Shown: in pieces, positions 11,557-23,700 of the stretch
How positions within the stretch are numbered: the stretch's first letter is position 1
Layout of the letters: every line of letters begins with the position of its first letter
Assembly (NCBI GenBank): GCA_032718475.1
Contig: JAUCBJ010006727.1
Location: 1-41,473, forward strand
Length of the DNA stretch: 41,473 bases
Origin: Nemertoderma westbladi
Taxonomy: Eukaryota > Animalia > Xenacoelomorpha
Direction: 5' to 3'
Translations under genes and position numbers: made by a program
Notes under the pieces: generated by a model
The model's input: the letters and a program-made list of their open reading frames with translations, nothing else
Database searches by the model: none
Told to the model about the DNA's origin: nothing

Positions 11557-11930
11557 TTTATAATATGAAAAATCGTACGTCTCTTAATTCAGTGCATCCC
11601 CAAATTTTTCTACAAATCTTAATGAGATTGCATGAAATTTGAAACAGATATAGTTTCGGCTCCCTTCTCCTCGCTGGGTGAGTTAGAATTTTTATTTTTA
11701 TTTTCAACCTTTAGTTACAATCGCTTGAAAAGTGTCTCCGGTGATTTTTCACCAGTTACACAACCTTGTAGAGTGGTTTGTTGGTACGGATCAATTACAA
11801 AATTATTGTAGGATGGTAGATCTTGACTATATTTAACCACAAATTTGTTTGTATCCACAGTGTTTGTGCGACGAGCCTCGGAGGGTGTGGGGCGAGCCGC
11901 GAAGTCCACGGGCCTTAGCATACAGTTAGT
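11557..11930 (+). mobile_element. Possible non-autonomous Helitron-like element
   Basis: The GC-rich 3' segment GGGGCGAGCCGCGAAG...GGCC is followed by CAGTTAGT, resembling the hairpin + CTAG-T Helitron 3' end. The same 20-mer recurs at 36013-36032. The 5' end is uncertain. Confidence 0.35.
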
Positions 11931-12035
11931 ACTGGTAAAAATCGGATTTTATCGGTTTTATACAAGTTTGAACTGCAATATCTCAGCAAGGGCTTGGCCA
12001 AATTTGTTGAAAAATTTGCAAATGATGTTTTGAGA

Positions 12036-12368
12036 ATTATACATTTATTATAGGGAGGTATCTAGGGGTCTTAACCTCGAATGATAAGTTTATTTTACCG
12101 AAAATAACTTATCTTTTATTGGCGCAATTGTAGGACTAATCCCATCACATGCGTACTTTTTAACTGGGTAGTGTACAAATTTAGGAATCGCGTAATTTTT
12201 CTTGAATATAATATGCAAACCACGTACGCGTTTCGAGCTTACTAGGGCTCTTCAGCGTGGTATCGGATTCGAACCTGGGACCCAATAAAATATAAGTTAT
12301 TTTCGGTAAAATAAACTTATCATTCGAGGTTAAGTCCCTTAGATCCCTTCCTATAATAAATGTATAAT
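12036..12368. repeat. Long inverted repeat: ~87-bp arms (12036-12122 / 12282-12368) around a ~160-bp spacer
   Basis: ATTATACATTTATTATAGG...TTAACCTCGAATGATAAGTTTATTTTACCGAAAATAACTTAT...TTTATTGG is mirrored as its reverse complement with only a few mismatches. Confidence 0.9.
12219..12261 (-). ncRNA. Degenerate minimal (type I, Penelope-like) hammerhead ribozyme motif
   Basis: The minus strand reads ACCACG-CTGAAGA-GCCCTAGTAAGCTC-GAAA-CGCG-TA-CGTGGT. This gives a 6-bp stem I, CUGANGA and GAAA cores, a palindromic CGCG helix III and a GUA cleavage triplet. Stem II is imperfect. Confidence 0.55.
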
Positions 12369-13355
12369 AACATACAGCTTGCCAACACATTGTTACTATC
12401 AATAATAAAAATTTGAGAATTATGGTGTTTTACAATATTATGGTTCGCCGCTACGGGGCGCTAAATATAACGTCATCTTTAACAGCTGGGTAACGTAACG
12501 GACGCCCAGCCCACTGATGGAAAGTTAGCGCGCCATGTAATGATTCCTTCCATATGTAACACAATACGAATTTCGTTGAAAAATAGCTGTGATATGGGCG
12601 TTCAAAAGATGCATGGTTTTGCATCTACGCGAGGCTATTTTATTTTGTTTAATAAATATACCATATTCTAGAACATTTTGTTTATCTCATAAGTAGCTGG
12701 GCAACAATGCAATAACTATGGTGGACCAGAAGGGTTTTTTTTTTTTTAAATTTCATAGAATTAAAAAAAACGTATATACGAATTGGCCCTTCAAATTCGT
12801 TTTTTCGTTTATTTATTTTACATTTCCCAGAATAAAAAATCGAATAAACGAATTTGCCGTTCAAATTCGTTTTTTCGTTTTTATTTTTTACAATTCCCTG
12901 AATAAAAAAAACGAATTGGAAATAAATAAACAAAAAACAAAATGTTTGGTAAAAATTTGTTTATTTTTTTCTAACCTGGAAAAAAATAAACCAAAAACAA
13001 ATTCTTAATAGTCGCTATTTTGATTAGACGTGATATTGACTCTCTCTGTCTGTCCGGTAGTACAGTATGTCTGATCATGATCAAGCGGATATTACACTTG
13101 ATGAACTTATTATTTTTACTATTTTAATTTGCGGATTTCTCCAAGGGAAACCCAAGTAATATTATCTCGAACGCATAATATTTCGATATCTGAACGAACA
13201 GTGAAACAATACTGTCAAAAACTACAGTTAAAGTCAGTTAAGTGTCGAAACGCCTGTGAATGGTTGTAGTGTTGATTGTGCGAACTTTGGAAAGGTGTAA
13301 TTCAAACAAGGTAGTACAGTACTACAATAATACATCCCGGGTCCGGTAATTAAAC

Positions 13356-13560
13356 TAATTAAACTCTTTATTAATTAAACTCTTTATTAATTAAACTCTT
13401 TATTAATTAAACTCTTTATTAATTAAACTCTTTATTAATTAAACTCTTTATTAATTAAACTCTTTATTAATTAAACTCTTTATTAATTAAACTCTTTATT
13501 AATTAAACTCTTTATTAATTAAACTCTTTATTAATTAAACTCTTTATTAATTAAACTCTT
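13356..13560. repeat. 16-bp minisatellite TAATTAAACTCTTTAT, ~12.8 copies
   Basis: Essentially perfect tandem copies, with TTAATTAA at each junction. Confidence 0.95.
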
Positions 13561-13780
13561 AAATTTATAAACTCATTCATGCGGTCCCCCCAGAACTTTA
13601 CTCCCCAGAGGAAACTCCAGTACTCATTAAGCTACCACTTAAGGATGCAAGGCAGAGATGCGCCCTGGCTGGTCCCTTTAAAGCATTCGTGCCGAAACGA
13701 AAACTGCCCTGGCCCATGTGAGGATCGAACCCACGACCTACAGGAGATGTGAATTCAATGCAACCACTACACCAAGGTGG
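13561..13780 (-). mobile_element. tRNA-derived SINE nested in the IS3EU-like element
   Basis: On the minus strand there is an A box TGGTGTAGTGG (13764-13774) and a B box GGTTCGATCC (13722-13731). The central block is GCCTTGCATCC...TTAATGAGTAC. The 3' end runs directly into the 16-bp tandem repeat. Confidence 0.7.
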
Positions 13781-14159
13781 AACCATCATGTTGAGAATGC
13801 TATATGATACGGGTGATAACGCGTAGCCCACAACTAAGTAATCCCAGTGCCCAAGTGGATACAGCGCCTGAAATAAATAATAAAAGTAAAATAAATAAAC
13901 GAAAAAACGAATTTGAAAGGCCAATTAATATATTCGTTTTTTTTTTAATTCTGTGAAATTAAAAAAAAACGAATTGGCCCTTCTGGTCCACCATAAATAA
14001 CTTAATATAATCTTGTATTCTAATACAAAATAATATACAAAGTGCGGCAATTGAACTAATCCATAACATGAATTTAAATTCTCTTTACGAAACGCATCAG
14101 AGTGCAAATAGAAAATATTACAGCGCCGAAACAGCAATGCTACGCGTATCCCATTATGC

Positions 14160-14744
14160 ATTAATGACGGATCGGCAGTCTTATTAATAACATTAGATTT
14201 AAGTGCCGCATTCGATACTGTTGACCATCATATGTTATTGTCGATTTTAGAAAACGAAATAGGAGTTAGTGGTCTAGCGTTACAGAATGGTTCGGTAACA
14301 GCAAGTACGAATAGGAAATTCATTAACTGAACAAAAAATATTACGATTCGGAGTACCGCAAGGGTCTGTGTTAGGACCACTGCTCTTTACCGTTTGAACA
14401 AGATTCTTGTCGACCGTAATTAAGAAACACAACCAATCATATCACTTATACGCAGACGATACTCAGATTTACATCGCGTTTAAGACATCTGATTTTGATG
14501 AAACAGTTTGAGTCTCACGATGTTGCCTAAATGATGTATTTACAATGCTGCATGAATCCGAACATATTAAAAATAACACCGCTAAAACTAAGATACTAAT
14601 TCTTCAATCTCGGTTTGGTTGCCTTATTGAGAGTCCAGGTATGCAAGTCTGCGATGAAATACTCCAATTCTGTCCATTTGCTAGAGACATCGGTGTTTTA
14701 ATTTACGAAGATCTTACTCTCGACAAACCAATCAGTAATGTTGT
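14160..14744 (+). mobile_element. Decayed CR1-group (L2-like) LINE reverse transcriptase fragment
   Basis: Hand translation across frameshifts and stops gives LLITLDLSAAFDTVDHHMLL, FGVPQGSVLGPLLFT, YHLYADDTQIYI, NTAKTKILI and ARDIGVLIYEDLTLDKPISNVV. It is truncated by the satellite. Confidence 0.88.
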
Positions 14745-17700
14745 TTACTGATTAACTCGATACACAACAGTTTACTGATTAACTCGATACACAACAGTTT
14801 ACTGATTAACTCGATACACAACAATTTACTGATTAACTCGATACACAACAGTTTACTGATTAACTCGATACACAACAGTTTACTGATTAACTCGATACAC
14901 AACAGTTTACTGATTAACTCGATACACAACAATTTACTGATTAACTCGATACACAACAGTTTACTGATTAACTCGATACACAACAATTTAATAATTAACT
15001 CGATACACAACAGTTTACTGATTAACTCGATACACAACAGTTTACTGATTAACTCGATACACAACAATTTACTGATTAACTCGATACACAAGAGTTTACT
15101 GATTAACTCGATACACAACAGTTTACTGATTAACTCGATACACAACAGTTTACTGATTAACTCGGTACACAACAATTTAATAACTAACTCGATACACAAC
15201 AGTTTACTGCTTAACTCGATACACAACAATTTACTGATTAACTCGATAAACAAGAGTTTAATGATTAACTCGATACACAATAGTTTACTGATTAACTCGA
15301 TACACAACAGTTTACTGATTAACTCGATACACAACAGTTTACTGATTAACTCGATAAACAAGAGTTTAATGATTAACTCGATACACAAGAGTTTACTGAT
15401 TAATTCGATATACAACAGTTTACTGATTAACTCGATACACAACAGTTAACTGATTAACTCGATACACAACAATTTACTGATTAACTCGATACACAACAAT
15501 TTACTGATTAACTCGATACACAACAATTTACTGATTAACTCGATACACAACAGTTTACTGATTAACTCGATAAACAAGAGTTTAATGATTAACTCGATAC
15601 ACAACAGTTTACTGATTAACTCGATACACAACAGTTTACTGATTAACTCGATACACAACAGTTTAACTGATTAACTCGATACACAACAATTTACTGATTA
15701 ACTCGATACACAACAATTTACTGATTAACTCGATACACAACAATTTACTGATTAACTCGATACCCAACAGTTTACTGATTAACTCGATACACAGCAATTT
15801 ACTGATTAACTCGATACACAACAGTTTACTGATTAACTCGATACACAACAGTTTACTGATTAACTCGATAAACAACAGTTTACTGATTAACTCGATACCC
15901 AACAGTTTACTGATTAACTCGATACACAACAGTTAACTGATTAACTCGATACACAACAGTTTACTGATTAACTCGATACCCAACAGTTTACTGATTAACT
16001 CGATAAACAACAGTTTACTGATTAACTCGATACCCAACAGTTAACTGATTAACTCGATACACAACAGTTAACTGATTAACTCGATACACAACAGTTTACT
16101 GATTAACTCGATACCCAACAGTTTACTGATTAACTCGATAAACAACAGTTTACTGATTAACTCGATACACAACAGTTTACTGATTAACTCGATACACAAC
16201 AGTTAACTGATTAACTCGATACACAACAGTTTACTGATTAACTCGATACACAACAATTTACTGATTAACTCGATACACAAGAGTTTACTGATTAACTCGA
16301 TACACAACAGTTTAATATGATTAACTCGATACACAACACTTTACTGATTAACTCGATACACAAGAGTTTAATATGATTAACTCGATACACAACAGTTAAC
16401 TGATTAACTCGATACACAACAGTTTACTGATTAACTCGATACACAACAGTTAACTGATTAACTCGATACACAACAGTTTACTGATTAACTCGATACACAA
16501 CAATTTACTGATTAACTCGATACACAAGAGTTTACTGATTAACTCGATACACAACAGTTTAATATGATTAACTCGATACACAACACTTTACTGATTAACT
16601 CGATACACAAGAGTTTAATAGGATTAACTCGATACACAACAGTTTAATATGATTAACTCGATACACAACAGTTTACTGATTAACTCGATACACAACAGTT
16701 AACTGATTAACTCGATACACAAGAGTTTACTGATTAACTCGATACACAACAGTTTAATATGATTAACTCGATACACAACAGTTTACTGATTAACTCGATA
16801 CACAACAGTTAACTGATTAACTCGATACACAACAGTTTACTGATTAACTCGATACCCAACAGTTTACTGATTAACTCGATAAACAACAGTTTACTGATTA
16901 ACTCGATACACAACAGTTTACTGATTAACTCGATACACAACAGTTTACTGATTAACTCGATACACAAGAGTTTACTATGATTAACTCGATACACAACAGT
17001 TTACTGATTAACTCGATACACAACAGTTTAATATGATTAACTCGATACACAACAGTTTACTGATTAACTCGATACACAACAGTTAACTGATTAACTCGAT
17101 ACACAACAGTTTACTGATTAACTCGATACCCAACAGTTTACTGATTAACTCGATAAACAACAGTTTACTGATTAACTCGATACACAACAGTTTACTGATT
17201 AACTCGATACAAAAGAGTTTACTGATTAACTCGATACACAACAGTTTACTGATTAACTCGATACACAACAGTTTACTGATTAACTCGATACACAACAGTT
17301 TACTGATTAACTCGATACACAACAATTTACTGATTAACTCGATACACAAGAGTTTACTGATTAACTCGATACACAACAGTTTAATATGATTAACTCGATA
17401 CACAACACTTTACTGATTAACTCGATACACAAGAGTTTAATATGATTAACTCGATACACAACAGTTTACTGATTAACTCCATACACAACAGTTTACTGAT
17501 TAACTCGATACACAACAGTTTACTGATTAACTCGATACACAACAGTTTAATGATTAACTCGATACACAACAGTTTACTGATTAACTCGATACACAACAGT
17601 TTACTGATTAACTCGATACACAACAGTTTACTGATTAACTCGATACACAACAGTTTACTGATTAACTCGATACACAACAATTTACTGATTAACTCGATAC

Positions 17701-20700
17701 ACAAGAGTTTACTGATTAACTCGATACACAACAGTTTAATATGATTAACTCGATACACAACACTTTACTGATTAACTCGATACACAAGAGTTTAATATGA
17801 TTAACTCGATACACAACAGTTTACTGATTAACTCCATACACAACAGTTTACTGATTAACTCGATACACAACAGTTTACTGATTAACTCGATACACAACAG
17901 TTTAATGATTAACTCGATACACAACAGTTTACTGATTAACTCGATACACAACAGTTTACTGATTAACACGATACACAACAGTTTACTGATTAACTCGATA
18001 CACAACAGTTTACTGATTAACTCGATACACAACAATTTACTGATTAACTCGATACACAACAGTTTACTGATTAACTCGATACACAACAGTTTACTGATTA
18101 ACACGATACACAACAGTTTAATGATTAACTCGATACACAACAGTTTACTGATTAACTCGATACACAACAATTTACTGATTAACTCGATACACAACAATTT
18201 ACTGATTAACTCGATACACAACAGTTTAATATGATTAACTCGATACACAACACTTTACTGATTAACTCGATACACAAGAGTTTAATAGGATTAACTCGAT
18301 ACACAACAGTTTAATATGATTAACTCGATACACAACAGTTTACTGATTAACTCGATACACAACAGTTAACTGATTAACTCGATACCCAACAGTTTACTGA
18401 TTAACTCGATAAACAACAGTTTACTGATTAACTCGATACACAACAGTTTACTGATTAACTCGATACACAACAGTTTACTGATTAACTCGATACACAACAG
18501 TTAACTGATTAACTCGATACACAAGAGTTTACTATGATTAACTCGATACACAACAGTTTAATGATTAACTCGATACACAACAGTTTACTGATTAACTCGA
18601 TACACAACAGTTAACTGATTAACTCGATACACAAGAGTTTACTATGATTAACTCAATACACAACAGTTTAATGATTAACTCGATACACAACAGTTTACTG
18701 ATTAACTCGATACACAACAGTTAACTGATTAACTCGATACACAACAGTTTACTGATTAACTCGATACCCAACAGTTTACTGATTAACTCGATACACAACA
18801 GTTTACTGATTAACTCGATACACAACAGATTACTGATTAACTCGATACACAACAATTTACTGATTAACTCGATACACAAGAGTTTACTGATTAACTCGAT
18901 ACCCAACAGTTTACTGATTAACTCGATACACAACAGTTTACTGATTAACTCGATACAAAAGAGTTTACTGATTAACTCGATACACAACAGTTTACTGATT
19001 AACTCGATACACAACAGTTTACTGATTAACTCGATACACAACAGATTACTGATTAACTCGATACACAACAATTTACTGATTAACTCGATACACAAGAGTT
19101 TACTGATTAACTCGATACACAACAGTTTAATATGATTAACTCGATACTCAACACTTTACTGATTAACTCGATACACAAGAGTTTAATATGATTAACTCGA
19201 TACACAACAGTTTACTGATTAACTCCATACACAACAGTTTACTGATTAACTCGATACACAACAGTTTACTGATTAACTCGATACACAACAGTTTAATGAT
19301 TAACTCGATACACAACAGTTTACTGATTAACTCGATACACAACAGTTTACTGATTAACTCGATACACAACAGTTTACTGATTAACTCGATACACAACAGT
19401 TTACTGATTAACTCGATACACAACAATTTACTGATTAACTCGATACACAAGAGTTTACTGATTAACTCGATACACAACAGTTTAATATGATTAACTCGAT
19501 ACACAACACTTTACTGATTAACTCGATACACAAGAGTTTAATATGATTAACTCGATACACAACAGTTTAATGATTAACTCGATACACAACAGTTTACTGA
19601 TTAACTCGATACACAACAATTTACTGATTAACTCGATACACAACAGTTTACTGATTAACTCGATACACAACAGTTTACTGATTAACACGATACACAACAG
19701 TTTAATGATTAACTCGATACACAACAGTTTACTGATTAACTCGATACACAACAATTTACTGATTAACTCGATACACAACAATTTACTGATTAACTCGATA
19801 CACAAGAGTTTACTGATTAACTCGATACACAACAATTTACTGATTAACTCGATACACAAGAGTTTACTGATTAACTCGATACACAACAGTTTACTGATTA
19901 ACTCGATACACAACAGTTTACTGATTAACTCGATACACAACAGTTTACTGATTAACTCGATACACAACAGTTTACTGATTAACTCGATACACAACAGTTT
20001 ACTGATTAACTCGATATACAACAGTTTACTGATTAACTCGATACACAACAGTTTACTGCTTAACTCGGTACACAACAGTTTACTGATTAACTCGATACAC
20101 AAGAGTTTACTGATTAACTCGATACACAAGAGTTTACTGATTAACTCGATACACAAGAGTTTACTGATTAACTCGATACACAAGAGTTTACTGATTAACT
20201 CGATACACAAGAGTTTACTGATTAACTCGATACACAACAGTTTACTGATTAACTCGATACACAACAGTTTACTGCTTAACTCGGTACACAACAGTTTACT
20301 GATTAACTCGATACACAAGAGTTTACTGATTAACTCGATACACAAGAGTTTACTGATTAACTCGATACACAAGAGTTTACTGATTAACTCGATACACAAG
20401 AGTTTAATATGATTAACTCGATACACAACAGTTTACTGATTAACTCGATACACAACAGTTTACTGATTAACTCGATACACAACAGTTTACTGATTAACTC
20501 GATACACAACAGTTTACTGATTAACTCGATACACAACAGTTTACTGATTAACTCGATACACAACAGTTTACTGATTAACTCGATACACAACAGTTTACTG
20601 ATTAACTCGATACACAACAGTTTACTGCTTAACTCGGTACACAACAGTTTACTGATTAACTCGATACACAACAGTTTACTGATTAACTCGATACACAGGA

Positions 20701-23700
20701 GTTTAATATGATTAACTCGATACACAACAGTTTACTGATTAACTCGATACACAACAGTTTACTGATTAACTCGATACACAAGAGTTTAATATGATTAACT
20801 CGATACACAACAGTTTACTGATTAACTCGATACACAACAGTTTACTGATTAACTCGATACACAACAGTTTACTGATTAACTCGATACACAACAGTTTACT
20901 GATTAACGTGATACACAACAGTTTACTGATTAACTCGATACACAACAGTTTACTGATTAACTCGATACAGAACAGTTTACTGATTAACTCGATACACAAC
21001 AGTTTACTGATTAACTCGATACACAACAATTTACTGCTTAACTCGATACACAACAATTTACTGATTAACTCGATACACAACAGTTTACTGCTTAACTCGA
21101 TACACAACAATTTACTGATTAACTCGATACACAAGAGTTTACTGATTAACTCGATACACAACAGTTTACTGATTAACTCGATACACAACAGTTTACTGAT
21201 CAACTCGATACACAAGAGTTTACTGATTAACTCGATACACAACAGTTTACTGATTAACTCGATACACAACAGTTTACTGATCAACTCGATACACAAGAGT
21301 TTACTGATTAACTCGATACACAACAGTTTACTGATTAACTCGATACACAACAGTTTACTGATTAACTCGATACACAACAGTTTACTGATTAACTCGATAC
21401 ACAACAATTTACTGATTAACTCGATACACAAGAGTTTACTGATTAACTCGATACACAACAGTTAACTGATTAACTCGATACACAACAGTTTACTGATTAA
21501 CTCGATACCCAACAGTTTACTGATTAACTCGATAAACAACAGTTTACTGATTAACTCGATACACAACAGTTTACTGATTAACTCGATACACAACAGTTTA
21601 CTGATTAACTCGATACACAAGAGTTTACTATGATTAACTCGATACACAACAGTTTACTGATTAACTCGATACACAACAGTTTAATATGATTAACTCGATA
21701 CACAACAGTTTACTGATTAACTCGATACACAACAGTTAACTGATTAACTCGATACACAACAGTTTACTGATTAACTCGATACCCAACAGTTTACTGATTA
21801 ACTCGATAAACAACAGTTTACTGATTAACTCGATACACAACAGTTTACTGATTAACTCGATACAAAAGAGTTTACTGATTAACTCGATACACAACAGTTT
21901 ACTGATTAACTCGATACACAACAGTTTACTGATTAACTCGATACACAACAGTTTACTGATTAACTCGATACACAACAGTTTACTGATTAACTCGATACAC
22001 AACAGTTAACTGATTAACTCGATACACAAGAGTTTACTGATTAACTCGATACACAACAGTTAACTGATTAACTCGATACACAACAGTTTACTGATTAACT
22101 CGATACCCAACAGTTTACTGATTAACTCGATACACAACAGTTAACTGATTAACTCGATACACAACAGTTTACTGATTAACTCGATACACAACAGTTTACT
22201 GATTAACTCGATACACAACAGTTTACTGATTAACTCGATACACAACAGTTAACTGATTAACTCGATACACAAGAGTTTACTGATTAACTCGATACACAAC
22301 AGTTTACTGATTAACTCGATACACAACAGTTTACTGATTAACTCGATACACAACAGTTTACTGATTAACTCGATACACAACAGTTTACTGATTAACTCGA
22401 TACACAACAGTTTAATGATTAACTCGATACACAACAGTTTACTGATTAACTCGATACACAACAGTTTACTGATTAACTCGATACACAACAGTTTACTGAT
22501 TAACTCGATACACAACAGTTTACTGATTAACTCGATACACAACAATTTACTGATTAACTCGATACACAACAGTTTACTGATTAACTCGATACACAACAGT
22601 TTACTGATTAACACGATACACAACAGTTTAATGATTAACTCGATACACAACAGTTTACTGATTAACTCGATACACAACAATTTACTGATTAACTCGATAC
22701 ACAACAATTTACTGATTAACTCGATACACAACAGTTTAATATGATTAACTCGATACACAACACTTTACTGATTAACTCGATACACAAGAGTTTAATAGGA
22801 TTAACTCGATACACAACAGTTTAATATGATTAACTCGATACACAACAGTTTACTGATTAACTCGATACACAACAGTTAACTGATTAACTCGATACACAAG
22901 AGTTTACTGATTAACTCGATACACAACAGTTTAATATGATTAACTCGATACACAACAGTTTACTGATTAACTCGATACACAACAGTTAACTGATTAACTC
23001 GATACACAACAGTTTACTGATTAACTCGATACCCAACAGTTTACTGATTAACGTGATACACAACAGTTTACTGATTAACTCGATACACAACAGTTTACTG
23101 ATTAACTCGATACACAAGAGTTTACTGATTAACTCGATACACAACAGTTTACTGATTAACTCGATACACAACAGTTTACTGATTAACTCGATACACAACA
23201 GTTTACTGATTAACTCGATACACAACAATTTACTGATTAACTCGATACACAAGAGTTTACTGATTAACTCGATACACAACAGTTAACTGATTAACTCGAT
23301 ACACAACAGTTTACTGATTAACTCGATACCCAACAGTTTACTGATTAACTCGATAAACAACAGTTTACTGATTAACTCGATACACAACAGTTTACTGATT
23401 AACTCGATACACAACAGTTTACTGATTAACTCGATACACAAGAGTTTACTATGATTAACTCGATACACAACAGTTTACTGATTAACTCGATACACAACAG
23501 TTTAATATGATTAACTCGATACACAACAGTTTACTGATTAACTCGATACACAACAGTTAACTGATTAACTCGATACACAACAGTTTACTGATTAACTCGA
23601 TACCCAACAGTTTACTGATTAACTCGATAAACAACAGTTTACTGATTAACTCGATACACAACAGTTTACTGATTAACTCGATACAAAAGAGTTTACTGAT

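Larger units (their letters stand above)
12717..13995. mobile_element. Non-autonomous DNA transposon with TATGG...CCATA termini, long imperfect TIRs and a 6-bp TSD (IS3EU-like)
   Basis: Ends are TATGGTGGACCAGAAGGG and CCCTTCTGGTCCACCATA, with inverted similarity extending about 100 bp. AATAAC lies at 12711-12716 and 13996-14001. TAY..RTA termini with 6-bp TSDs are what I recall for the IS3EU superfamily. Confidence 0.75.

Noticed and set aside
12682-14161. Phe/Lys-rich ORFs
   Set aside because: They come from the A/T-run-rich TIRs of the IS3EU-like element and the nested SINE.
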